Below, piece after piece: positions 40,491 to 52,787 of a stretch of 64,000 nt of DNA. Position numbers and translations under genes: made by a program. Numbering within the stretch: position 1 is the stretch's first letter; each line of letters starts with the position of its first letter. Origin of the DNA: Eledone cirrhosa (lineage: Eukaryota); assembly GCA_964016885.1 (NCBI GenBank), contig OZ024757.1, forward strand, positions 7,812,001 through 7,876,000, in the 5' to 3' direction. A model generated the notes under the pieces. It was given only the letters and a program-made list of their open reading frames with translations, searched no databases and was not told the DNA's origin.

Positions 40491-40561
40491 TATTTTATTA
40501 TGCGCATTTCAAAAACAAATATCATCATGCGATGACATTTGCGTTTTCGTCAGATAAAATA
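40491..40561 (-). ncRNA. Minimal type-I hammerhead ribozyme motif
   Basis: Reverse complement reads TATTTTAT-CTGACGA-stem II-GAAA-TGCGCA-TA-ATAAAATA. Confidence 0.8.
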
Positions 40562-41094
40562 GGGAGACATGATATGAAGGTTAAAAAACACTTGTGAATA
40601 GTGCAGTTTTAAATCAACATATGAAAAGTAGTTTTAGATTGATGTGTGATATTGGGAAAAAATTTTTGAGGGCGGGGGAAGGTTGGAAAGGATGAAAAAG
40701 AGAAGGAGATGAGAGTAAAAAGTGGAGGGGGAGGAGTATAATGAGGAATGATGAGATAGGAGTAGAGATGGGTGATAGAGAGAGATAGCTTTTATAACTG
40801 AGAAAAATATATTGTTTTACAGAGAGAGGTTGAAAAACGGTTTTTTAACCTCTCTATGTAAAACAATATATTTTTCTCAGTTATAAAAGCTATCTCTCCT
40901 CCTATCTCATCCTTCCTTATCATACTCCTCCCCTTCCATTCTTTACTCTCATCTCCTTCTCTTTTTCATCCTTTCCACCCACCCCCCTCAATTTTTCCCC
41001 CCAATATCACACATCAATCTAAAACTACTTTTCATATGTTGATTTAAAACTGCACTATTCACAAGTGTTTTTTAACCTTCATATCATGTCTCCC

Positions 41095-41165
41095 TATTTT
41101 ATCTGACGAAAACGCAAATGTCAACGCATGATGATATTTGTTTTTGAAATGCGCATAATAAAATA
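41095..41165 (+). ncRNA. Minimal type-I hammerhead ribozyme motif
   Basis: Stem I TATTTTAT/ATAAAATA, core CTGACGA (41103) and GAAA (41146), stem II AAACGCAAATGTCA/TGATATTTGTTTTT, palindromic stem III ATGCGCAT, UA cleavage site. Confidence 0.82.
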
Positions 41166-41289
41166 CATGGAACTCTTTTAACCATCTTTTGATCTTATAT
41201 TATTTATACTCCAGTCCTACAAACTGTAGAGTGCTACTTATCCGATATCTGCATTGCTTTATTGTACTACAATAAAACTCACCTCTTAC

Positions 41290-41353
<64 letters not shown>

Positions 41354-42139
41354 TAGAATTCCAGAGAACAACAGAAAAATGCTGTGTTTAAAGTTTAGTA
41401 AACAGCAGAAAGAAGGACATAAATAAATAAATATATGTCAACATTTAAAATATGTTTATGTCCCCCTTTAATATAAAAAGAAACAGAACCTTGTAAAAGT
41501 GTTATTACTGTAATATAAAGTAGAGATCCTTTAATTAAACAAAGCTAAGATGCAGCCATGGTCAAAACAAACGTATTATATAACTTTCAAATTGACCCCT
41601 ATTATATTCAAATTAACCCCAATGTGGCGTGCACCCCTCGTTGGGAATCCCTGATATATAAATATATGTGAGTGTGTTACTATGACTGCTATTTCTAGCA
41701 GGTTTACTGCTGTCCTGTAGAGGCACAACACAAACCGGAAGTGGCAGCCATTAAAAAACTATGGCTTAAAATCAGTGAAAATATTTTAAACTAGAAAATT
41801 TAAACAAACCCGGGTGTTTTTGCCAAGAAAGGTAACTCTTGTCTTACTTAATCGCAAAAATCATGGCAAAAGTTTTGCGGGTGTGCAGTTGTTTTGGGCC
41901 TTGTTGTTGGTATTTGACTGCTATTTCTAGCATTTTATTATTTTAGTTGCTTATTCGACTAAGGTCATGCTGGGGCAACACTTCCAATATATTATCTTGT
42001 TAATACCGGCCCCAGTACATTAAAGGATTTCTACTTTATATTAGTTTTACAAGTCTCAGTTTGTGTTTATATTAAATGGGAACATAAATATATTTTAGAT
42101 TGAGGAGGGGCATGGTGCAGAAAAGTTTGGGAACCACTG

Positions 42140-42180
<41 letters not shown>

Positions 42181-42259
42181 GCGAGAGAGAGAGAGGGGGA
42201 GAGAGAGCACCCAAACACACACACAAGTATATACACATGTGCGTGTCCTACCTTATATA

Positions 42260-42321
<62 letters not shown>

Positions 42322-42628
42322 CAATATCGGAGAAAGCTTTTTAGCGATACTCCGGCCAAATTCCAACTCACTCAACAAACATTAGGAAATAAGTGATTAT
42401 ATTCCCAATTATGCGTTCGGGGTGCTAACTAAAAGTATTGCGTGGAAAATTGGCTGTATTATTTCATATGAGACATATCTAATATATCTCTTCCCAGACG
42501 GACGTCTCGTTTCATTATAGGATTCCTACAATTTGGGTGAAATTATACCAATTATATATTATTATTAAATATATATATATATGTATACGATATTAAACAA
42601 ATGGAAACTATATTTATAAAACCATATT

Positions 42629-42694
42629 TATTTCATTATACATATTTCAGGGATACCATATTAAAAATATGGCATGCCATCTTCAGATAAAATA
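42629..42694 (-). ncRNA. Degenerate minimal hammerhead ribozyme motif
   Basis: Reverse complement reads TATTTTAT-CTGAAGA-TGGC ATGCCATATT ttt AATATGGTAT CCCT-GAAA-TATGTA-TA-ATGAAATA; mismatch at the base of stem II. Confidence 0.65.
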
Positions 42695-43332
42695 CAATAT
42701 ATAAGCAGTTTTATAAATAAATTTGACGTACCATAAAATATTGAAACTTCCATTTAAAAAAGTTGGTTTGGTAGTGAAATGGTAGTTAGAAAAAAAAAAA
42801 AATGGTAGTTAGAAAAAGAAAAAAAAAAAAAGACCGAGATATATATATATATATATATATATAGTAATAATAATAAAGACCGATATATATATATATATAT
42901 ATATAGTAATAATAATAAATTTGAAGACTAAAATCCAAAGAAGGCTCCATAAGGATAAATATATATCAAATATATAAGAACCATAGAGCAAATATTTATT
43001 AGAAAATAACAGATTAAAGTTTAAGCAAAGAATCAGAAGATCCCGTTAAGGGTGAAAGCAGCGATTCTTTGCTTAGACTTTAATGTTATTTTAATAATTA
43101 TATATATATATATAAACACATATGTATATATAACATCCAAACACACACGCACCTATATGTAATATAGGTGTGTGTGTGTGTATGGATACACGTACACACA
43201 CACACGATTATATATATATCATGGATATATGCCTCACAGGGAGCAATTTGTATACAATAGGGGCCAATTTAAAAAATAAAAGGTTGGGGACCACTGAAGA
43301 CAACAAATCGTTCTTTTTATTTTATTACAATT

Positions 43333-43440
43333 GAGTTCAAATCCCGCCGAGGTTAACTTTGCTTTTCATCCTTACGGGGTCGATAAAATAAAGTACCAGT
43401 AATGTACTGGGTTTTTGCTGGCCTTGTGTCAAAAGTAGGA
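43333..43440 (+). mobile_element. 5'-truncated MetaSINE-like SINE with ACAATT target-site duplication
   Basis: B box GAGTTCAAATCCC, core GCCGAGGTTAACTTTGCTTTTCATCCTTACGGGGTCGATAAAATAAAGTACCAG; ACAATT at 43327 and 43441; empty site at ~53903. Confidence 0.8.
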
Positions 43441-43442
43441 AC

Positions 43443-43496
<54 letters not shown>

Positions 43497-43855
43497 ACAT
43501 ATATATATATGTGTGTGTTTGTGTCCTTCTTTCTGCTTTTTTTCGCTGCTATTTCTAAAGTGTCCATACATGCTAGAAATAGCAGTCAAATACCAACAAC
43601 CAGGACCAAATCAACTGCAAACCCGAAAAATGTTTCTTACGATTTTTGCGATTAAGTAAGACAAGAGTTACCTTTCTTGGCAAAAGCACTCTGGTTTGTT
43701 TACATTAAATTTTCTAGTTTAAAATATTTTCACTGATTTTAAGCCAAAGTTTTTTAATGGCTGCCACTTCCGGTTTGTATTGTGCCTCTACAGGACAGCA
43801 GTAAACCTGCTAGAAATAGCAGTCATAGCAACATGCTCACATATATTTATATATC

Positions 43856-44127
43856 AGGGATTCCCAACGAGGGGTGCACGACCCACTGGGGTTAATTTGA
43901 ATATAATAGGGGCCAATTTTAAAGTTATATAATACGACCCAACTTCCAGTTACACTTCGTCTACACATGTTATCGTGTATCTGGCAGCACCTACGAGAAG
44001 TTTGTTTATATTTTGGAGTTTATTTTTATATTAAAGGGGAACATAAACATATTTTAGATTGAGGAAGGGCATGGTGCAGAAAGGACACACACGTATATAT
44101 ATATATATTTATGGATATGTGCATGTT

Positions 44128-44164
<37 letters not shown>

Positions 44165-44219
44165 ACACGCGCGCGCACACACACGCATATATATATATAT
44201 TATATATCTATATATATGT

Positions 44220-44265
<46 letters not shown>

Positions 44266-44495
44266 ACCATATATATATATATATATATCAGTTGTTCCCA
44301 AACTTTTCTGCTACATGCCCCTCCACAATCTAAAATATGTTTATGTTCCCCTTTAATATAAACATAAACTGAGTATTGTAAAACTAATATAAAGTAGAAA
44401 TCCTTTAATGTACTGGGGCCGAATATTAACAAAATAATATATTGGAAGTGTTGCCCCAGCATTGCCCTGGTCGATTGAGCAACTAAAGCAATAAC
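43856..44495. mobile_element. hAT-type MITE remnants with CAGKGRTTCCCAA-like termini
   Basis: CAGGGATTCCCAAC (43856), CAGTTGTTCCCAAAC (44289); reverse-complement ends at ~41653, ~42139, ~43298; paralog at 56250-56900. Confidence 0.55.
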
Positions 44496-44602
44496 AAAAA
44501 AAAATAACTTTAAAATTATTTTAACCTCTGAAAATCCGAGGTGAAAATTGAACTCACGACCACAGATTATCTAAAAATCGAAAAAACTTTATATAAATAT
44601 AA

Positions 44603-44984
44603 ATCATCATCATCATCATTTTACGTCCGCTTTTTCCTGCTTGCAAGGGTGGGACGGGAACTGATTCTGGCCTGATTTCTACAGCTGGATGCCCTTCCTA
44701 ACACCAACCTCAATTACAGTGAGTGCTGGGTGCTTTTTTGCCGTGGCACCTATACGTCCACTTTACAGTGTGGGCTGGATGCTTTGTTTTGCCGTGGTAC
44801 CTCCATGACCACTTTACAGTGGAATGATAGGGACCCCATTCCTATCATCTCATTTCTACAGCTGAGTAAATTGGAGCAATCTGAAATAAAGTGTCTTGCT
44901 CAAGGAAACAACACATCAAGTCTGAGAATTGAACTCACAACCGATTGCAAGGCCAATGCTCTAACCACTAAGCCATGTGCCTCC
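44603..44984 (-). mobile_element. tRNA-derived SINE with RTE tail (variant with an extra ~45-bp tail unit)
   Basis: Reverse complement of the 39695 SINE plus one extra TTTACAGTG.G.GCTGG.TGCTTT..GCCGTGG unit. Confidence 0.9.
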
Positions 44985-45301
44985 AAAAATATATAAATGT
45001 ATATATAATAAAGTATGTCCATAGAAACATTTGATAAAATATATACACCATTTCCTCTCCCAATCAGCATAATTAACCACACACAAAACCAATTAAACCA
45101 GGCTATAAGATTAAAAGACACCTATGAAGAAATAATAGATAAACAGCCATAGAATATTTACCCAGCATTTCCAACAGCACGTGGGAATCGATTAAATATA
45201 TCGTCAACCATACACAATTAGGTATAAAATCAAAGTTAGAAGAAAAAATGTATATACACACCAAAATTAAATATATATATATGTATATATATATATATGC
45301 A

Positions 45302-45882
45302 AGGTCACTCTCAAGTGCTACTGGTAACATGTAACCCAGTACAACCTGTCACATGGTCGGGTCGTCGGCGACTAAACCGGCAACCCCATGAAGTTTACTT
45401 GGTGAGGAGGGTGATTTTGGACATCCTGCAGGACAAAAACAAAACCTGACAAAGGGCGGAAGAACTAATAAGAGTCAACGGCCATCCAAAAATAGTGTAA
45501 ATGAGTATATAGTGTATATTTGGTAGCCTTGGTCGGCAATCTGTTTAGGAGAGGACCATTTTGATTTCAAAGCCAGGGTGGACAGAGCTCTTTGGCCTTG
45601 ATTGGCAATGTCAAACCAATCCTGACTGGGTTAAACGACGACATTGGTAAGAAGGATGTCGGATCAGTAGATAAAGAAATGATCAAGTAACTGTGAATTT
45701 GGTTGATACTACTAGTGGCAAGGCGATCATATCAACTATTGTTTGGATGTTTCGGTGAGGCACAACCACTCTAACACAGAGTACTGCTTTCACTTGTATG
45801 GAGTAGAGACTGCAAGTGTATATCCAGCTATTGAAAGCTAAAAAGGAGAGCAAGCTCGACCTGATGATGATGATGATGATGA
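45302..45882 (+). mobile_element. Non-autonomous RTE-related element (5' leader + (TGA)n tail)
   Basis: Leader shared with 53365-53547 (-); ends GCTCGACC(TGA)n; paralog at 57726-58303. Confidence 0.6.
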
Positions 45883-46436
45883 TATATAAATAGTAATAAT
45901 AATAAATTTGAAGACTAAAATCCAAAGAGGGCTCGATAAGGATAAATATATATCAAATATGTAAGAAGCGTAGAGCAAATATTTATTAAAATAACAGATT
46001 AAAGTTTAAGCAAAGAATAACTGCTTTCACCCTTAACATGATCTTCTGAAACTAAAAAAATCAATCTGTGAACACAGAAGTAAATATTTCGAAAAACATT
46101 GCAACAGAAGACAGGAAGACAATATTTTGGTTTGTGGAGACTTTCCCTGGCAAAGAACAGATAAAAACGAAGATAATACGTCATTATTTGGAGCAGTGAA
46201 AACAATTACATGCAAAGACAAAACCACGTTTATGGTATAACTGAAGTCATAGACTAAAATTATATTTAGGAAACCGAATGATTCTCGGCTTCAGAATTAA
46301 GAATAATGTAAATAAATTACAGAGGTTATTGAAATCAACAATAATTAAATATATAGCTGCATGCCTCCATATACGTATATACACATGCATACGTCTGAAG
46401 CCGAGAATCATTCGGTTTCCTAAATAAAATTTTTTT

Positions 46437-49400
46437 TACTTAGTTCCATGTCACTGAAACTCATTAATTTGAAAGGTATTAGTAGATTATATGCTACATT
46501 TGATACAGAAATGGCCTCTAAACGACTAGAACTCTTCAATTTGAAGGAAATAGTAGATTATATGACACATGTAATGGCTTCTAAAGGAGTAAAGCTCAAT
46601 AATTCAAAGGAAATAGTAGTGTATATGCAATATTTAATACAGAAATGGCTGTCAAAGGACTAGAACAAATTTATTTGGAGTAAATAGTAGTATATGTGTA
46701 ATATTTAATACAGAAAAAGCTTCTAAAGGACTGGAACTCTTCGATTTGTAAGAAATAGTACAGTATATGCAACATTTAATAGAGAAATGGCTTCTAAAGG
46801 ACTAAAACTCATTAAGTTGAAGGAAAATAGTACATTATATGCAATATTTAATACAGAAATGGCTTCGAAAGGACTAGAAATCTCCGATTCAAAGGAGAAA
46901 TAATAGTATATACGCCATATTTAATACAGAAATGGCTTGTACAGGACAAAAACTCATTAATTCAAAGAATATTAGTATATTATATGCCATATTTAATACA
47001 GAAATGGCTTCTAAATCACTAGAACTTTTAATTTGAAGGAAATAGTACATTATATGCCATATTTAATATGGAAATGGCTTCTTAAGGACAATAACTCTTT
47101 AATTTGTAGTAAATAGTAGTATGTATGCAATAATTAATAGAGAAATGGCATCTACAGGAATAAAACACTTCAATGTGAAGAGTATTAGTAGATTATATGC
47201 AATATTTAATACATAAATAGCTTCTACAGGGCTAGAACTCATTAAATCAAACAGAATAGTAGTGTATATGCAATATTTAATACAGTAATGGCTGTCAAAG
47301 GACTAGAACTAATATATTTGTAGGAAATAGTAGTATAATTTAATACAGAAATAGCTTCTACAAGACTAAAACTCTTTAATTTGAAGAGTATTAGTAGATT
47401 ATTGCAATTTTTAATATATAAATAGCTTCTACAGGGCTAGAACGTATTAATTGAAATCAAATGTTAGTGTATATGCAATATTTAATACAGAAATGGATTC
47501 TACGTGGCTGAAGCTCATTAATTTGAAGGGTTTTCGTAGATTATATGCAATATTTAATACAGAAATGGTCTGTAAATGACTAGAACTCTTCAATTCAAAG
47601 GAGATAGTAGGGTATATGCAATATTTAATAAAGAAATAGCTTCTAAGGGAGTAAGACTAATATAATTGGGGGAAATGGTAGTATATATGTCATATTTAAT
47701 CAAGAAATGGCTTATAAAGCACTAGAACTCTTTAATTTGAAGGGTATCAGTAGATTATATGCGATATTTAATACGGAAATGGCTTCTAAAGGATTAAATC
47801 TCATTAATTCAAGAGAAATAGTAATGTATGTGCAATATTTAATACAGAAATGGCTTCTCAAGGACTAGAAATTTTAATTCAAATAAAATAGTACATTATA
47901 TGCCATATTAAATATGGAAATGGCTTCTTAAGGACAAGAACTCATTAATTCGTAGTAAATAGAAGTATGTATGCAATATTTAATATGTAAATAGCTTCCA
48001 CAGGGCTAGAACTCATTAATTTGAAGGGAATAGTAGTGTATAGGCAATGTTTAATACAGAAACGTCTTCTACAGGATGACAACTAATATATTTGGAGGAA
48101 ATAGAAGTATATATGTAATATTTAATTCAGAAATAGCTTCCAAAGACCAAGAAACCAGTAATTCGAAGGAAATAGTAGAGTATACACAATATTTAATACA
48201 GAAATGGCTTCTAAAGCACTAGAACTCTTTCATTTTAAGGAAATATTACAGTATATGCAATATTCAATACAGAAATGACTCTCAAAGGACTAGAACTACT
48301 ATTTGCAGGAAATAGTAGTATATATGTAATGTCTTCTGAAGCACTAGAGCTCTTTAATTTGAAGGATATTAATAGATTATATGCAATATTTAATACGTAA
48401 ATATATTCCACAGGGTGAGAACTCATTAATTCGAAGTAAATATTGCACATACACTACTATTTCCCTCAAATTTATTAGCTTTACTCCTTTAGAGACAATT
48501 TCCTTATTACATGTGGCATATAATCTACTATTTCCTTCGAATTGAAGAGTTCTAGTAATTAAGAGGCCATTTCCGTATTAAATATGGCATAAAATCTATT
48601 AATACCCTTCAAATTAATGAGTTTCAGCCCTGTAGAAGCCATTTCTGTATTAAATATTGTATAGACACTATTATTTCGTTCAAATTAATGTGTTGTAGCA
48701 CTGTAGAAGCTATTTAATAAATATTGCATATAATCTATTAATACTGTTCAAATTAAAGAGTTTTATTGCTGTAGAAGCCGTTTCTGTATTAAATATAGCA
48801 TTCATACTACTATTTACTACAAATTAAAGAGTTCTTGTCCTCAAGAAGCCATTTCCATATTAAATATGGCATATAATGTACTATTTCCTTTGAATTAAAA
48901 TTTCTAGTCCTAGAAAATTTCTAGACCTTTCTGTATTAAATATTGCACATATACAAATATATTCGTTCTAGTCCTTTGACAGCCATTTCTGTATTAAATA
49001 TTGCATATAATGTACTATTTCCTTTGAATTGAGGAGTTCTAGTGCTTCAGAAGCCATTTCTGTATTAAATATTGCATATAATGTTCTATTTCCTTCAAAT
49101 CGAAGAGTTCTAGTCCGTTAGAGCCATTTCTGTATTAAATATTGCACATATACTACTATTTACTTCAAATATATTCGTTGTAGTCCTTTGACAGTCATTT
49201 CTGTATTAAGTATGGCATATAATATACTATTTCCTTCGAATCAAAGAGTTTTATTCCTTTAGAAGCCATTCTGTATTAAATATTGCACATACACTACTAT
49301 TTCCCTCAAATTAATGAGCTTTTGTCCTTTACAAGCCATTTCCATATTGAGTATAGCATATAATCTACTAATACCCTTTAAATTAAAGAGTACAAGTCCT

Positions 49401-49918
49401 TTAGGAGAGATTTCTGTATTAAATCTGGCATATATACTACTATTTCCTCATATTATATTAATTTTACTCCTTTAGAAGGCATTTCTTTATTAAATATTGC
49501 ATATACTCTACTATTTCTTTCGAATTGCGGTGTTCTAGTCTTCTGAAGGCCATTTCTGCATAAAATGTGGCATATAATATACCCTTCAAATTAACAAGTT
49601 TCAGCCCTGTAGAAGTAATTTCTGTATCAAATATTGCATATACACTACCATTTCAATTCTATTAATGAGTTCTAGCCCTGTAGAAGCTATTTATCTATTA
49701 AATATGGCATATAATCTACTAATACTCTTCAAATTAAAGAGTTTTAGTCTTGTAGAAGCTTTTTCTGTATTAAATATTGAATACATACTACTATTTACTA
49801 CAAATTAAAGAGTTCTTATTCTTAAGAAGCCATTTCCCTATTAAATATGGCATATAATGTAATATTTCCTTTGAATTAAAAGTTCTAGTCCTTTAGAAGC
49901 CATTTCTGTATTAAATAT
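46437..49918. repeat. 71-72 bp satellite block 2, orientation switch at ~48440
   Basis: Same unit as block 1; contains the uninterrupted site of LINE copy C at ~48108-48120. Confidence 0.95.
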
Positions 49919-49920
49919 GG

Positions 49921-50260
49921 CATGGCTTAGTGGTTAGAGCATTGGCCTTGCAATCGAAAGGTTGTGAGTTCAATTCTCAGACCGGGTGATGTGCTGTTTC
50001 CTTGAGCAAGACACTTTATTTCACATTGCTCCAGTTTACTCAGCTGTAGAAAGGAGATGATAGGGACTGGTGTCCACATCATTCCACTGCAAAGTGGTCG
50101 TGGAGGTGCCACGGCAAAAAAAGCACCCAGCCCACACAGTAAATGAGGTTGGTGTTAGGAAGGGCATCCAGCTGTAGAAATCAAGCCAGAATCAGTTCCC
50201 GTCCCACCCTTGCAAGCAGCGAAAAAAGCAGACGTAAAATGAAATGATGATGATGATGAT
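49921..50260 (+). mobile_element. tRNA-derived SINE, duplicate of 39695, fused to satellite
   Basis: Near-identical to 39702-40040 with the same downstream flank; joined to the satellite at ATGGCA/CATGGC. Confidence 0.9.
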
Positions 50261-51323
50261 ATATATATATATATCTTTTAATCTTAGGTTCAGCGCAGAA
50301 AGCAGTCTCCAACGATCACGATCAGCTTATGATGCCCAGTGGAAGCAGTTTAGTTTAACTATAACCTCAATGATCTAGATTAGTGGCGGCTTTTTCGAGT
50401 CTGTGGCAAGTGAGGTTGGCTGCCATATATATATATGTATATATATATATACACAAACGTATATATATATATATATATATATATATAGGTAAGTTATTCC
50501 GGGTTGAATCGGAGGTAACCACAGTAAGTAAGGTACTCAATACATAGCAGAGTATAAAAGTTTTAGTATAGATGAGATTCTACAGGACTAGAACTGTTTC
50601 ATTCTTGAGAAATTCCTTATGATTTCTCAAGAATGAAACAGTTCTGTTCCTGTAGAATCTGATTCATACTATATATATATATATCCTAGAATCCCAGAGA
50701 ACAACAGAAAAATGCTGAGTTTAGAGTTTAGTAAACAGCAGAAAGAAGGACATAAATAAATAAATAAATATATATCAACATTTAAAATATGTTTATGTCC
50801 CCCTTTCATATAAAAAGTAACAGAACCTTGTAAAAGTGTTATTACTGTAATATAAAGTAGAGATCCTTTATTTAAACAAAGCTAAGATGCAGCCGTGGTC
50901 AAAACAAACGTATTATATAACTTTCAAATTGACCCCTATTATACTCAAATTAACCCCAATGTGGCGTGTATCCCTCGTTGGGAATCCCTGATATATAAAT
51001 ATATGTGAGTATGTTTCTATGACTGCTATTTCTAGCAGGTTTACTGCTGTCCTGTAGAGGCACAACACAAACCGGAAGTGGCAGCCATTAAAAGACTTTG
51101 GCTTAAAATCAGTGAAAATATTTTAAACTAGAAAATTTAATGTAAACAAACCCGGGTGTTTCTGCCAAGAAAGATAACTCTTGACTTACTTAATCGCAAA
51201 AATGTTGCGGGTGTGCAGTTGATTTGGTCCTGGTTGTTGGTATTTGACTGCTATTTCTAGCATGTATGGACACTTTAGAAATAGCAGCGAAAAAAGGAAA
51301 ACATAAGAAAGAAGGGCACACAC

Positions 51324-51379
<56 letters not shown>

Positions 51380-51492
51380 GGCATACGTCAAACGGACGGT
51401 CTCAAAAGTGAAAGTAAATTTATTTTCATTTTCGAACGTCGTGTCTACATTTTGTGTGTGTTTAGATTTAAATTAGTGTCGTTTTAACTGAT

Positions 51493-51525
<33 letters not shown>

Positions 51526-51948
51526 AGTTGACGGTTGAGAGAAGAGTACTCAATACCGAAGTAATCTTGTAAGGAGGCTTGCAGAATGGTGAGTCCGCCA
51601 TTCTAGACGCTGCTGCCTTGCAGAAGTCCCAAATCGAAGCTCTGACACTCTCGTCCCCATCATTCAGCAGGGATTTTGCCAGGCAGCCGCATCACCTCCG
51701 ATGGTTGGGCTTCCTATTCGGAAATTGAAGGTGGGATTTACGTTGATGATGTTGTGGTGCACGAACGGAACTTTGTAGATCCTGCGGACCCTGATGTGCA
51801 CACACAGCTCCTAGAGAGCACATGGAGCCGTGCAAAGAAGAAGCTTCGTCGCCAGCATGTTTCCTTTAAACACAAAATGTAGACACGACGTTCGAAAATG
51901 AAAATAAATTTACTTTCACTTTTGAGACCGCCCGTCTTGACGTATGCC
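51380..51948 (+). mobile_element. Internally deleted Merlin (IS1595-like) DNA transposon
   Basis: ~80-bp TIRs starting GGCATACGTCAA; transposase remnant EVPNRSSDTLVPIIQQ/ILPGSRITSDGWASY..VVHERNFVDP..VHTQLLESTWSRAK. Confidence 0.88.
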
Positions 51949-51993
<45 letters not shown>

Positions 51994-52146
51994 AAAAAGT
52001 ATGACCCCGATGGCAGAGCTCAAGCCGTTTCGACGGCTATTTCTGCCGTCGGGGTCATACTTTTTCCTATTACCCACTCTACTACCCTAAGTATTGAATA
52101 CTCTGGTGCGTTATGGTCCATCTGGTTCCTTACCACAATTCCTTTG

Positions 52147-52303
<157 letters not shown>

Positions 52304-52434
52304 GTGAGGTTTCTTTTACAAATTGAGAAATAACCGAGGTGTCCTACACGAGTGAAAGTATAAAGAAAATGAGATGAAATCGAAAATGCAACTGGAGTCT
52401 TATTTTAAAAAAATATATATATATTTATTTGGTT

Positions 52435-52472
52435 CCTTTACCGGTTTCGCAGTTCTTCTGCTTTTCAAAAGG
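52435..52472 (-). ncRNA. Minimal hammerhead motif, U3-A8 core variant (left arm of palindrome)
   Basis: Exact reverse complement of 52529-52566. Confidence 0.7.
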
Positions 52473-52528
52473 TGAGTTGAGATGGAGGGTCTGTGGTTTT
52501 TCTCCCACAGACCCTCCATCTCAACTCA

Positions 52529-52566
52529 CCTTTTGAAAAGCAGAAGAACTGCGAAACCGGTAAAGG
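52529..52566 (+). ncRNA. Minimal hammerhead motif, U3-A8 core variant (right arm of palindrome)
   Basis: CCTT-TTGAAAA-GCAG aagaa CTGC-GAAA-CCGG-TA-AAGG; palindromic stem III ACCGGT. Confidence 0.72.
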
Positions 52567-52630
52567 AACCAAATAAATATATATATTTTTAAAAAAAATA
52601 AGACTTCAGTTGCATTTACGATTTCATCTT

Positions 52631-52670
<40 letters not shown>

Positions 52671-52720
52671 ATGACTGAATCTTAACCATCTACTATGTCA
52701 GGGTATGTCATGCATCATCC

Positions 52721-52787
52721 TATTTTATCTGATGAGGACGTACTGTTAAACTTAACTCAGTACCTCTGAAATATGTATAATAAAATA
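52721..52787 (+). ncRNA. Minimal type-I hammerhead ribozyme motif
   Basis: TATTTTAT-CTGATGA-GGACGTACTG..CAGTACCTCT-GAAA-TATGTA-TA-ATAAAATA. Confidence 0.78.

Larger units (their letters stand above)
40455..41290. mobile_element. Penelope-like non-coding element: ~370-bp-arm palindrome with a hammerhead in each arm
   Basis: 40455-40837 is the reverse complement of ~40842-41201; absent from the paralogous (TA)n site at 50670-50685. Confidence 0.75.
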
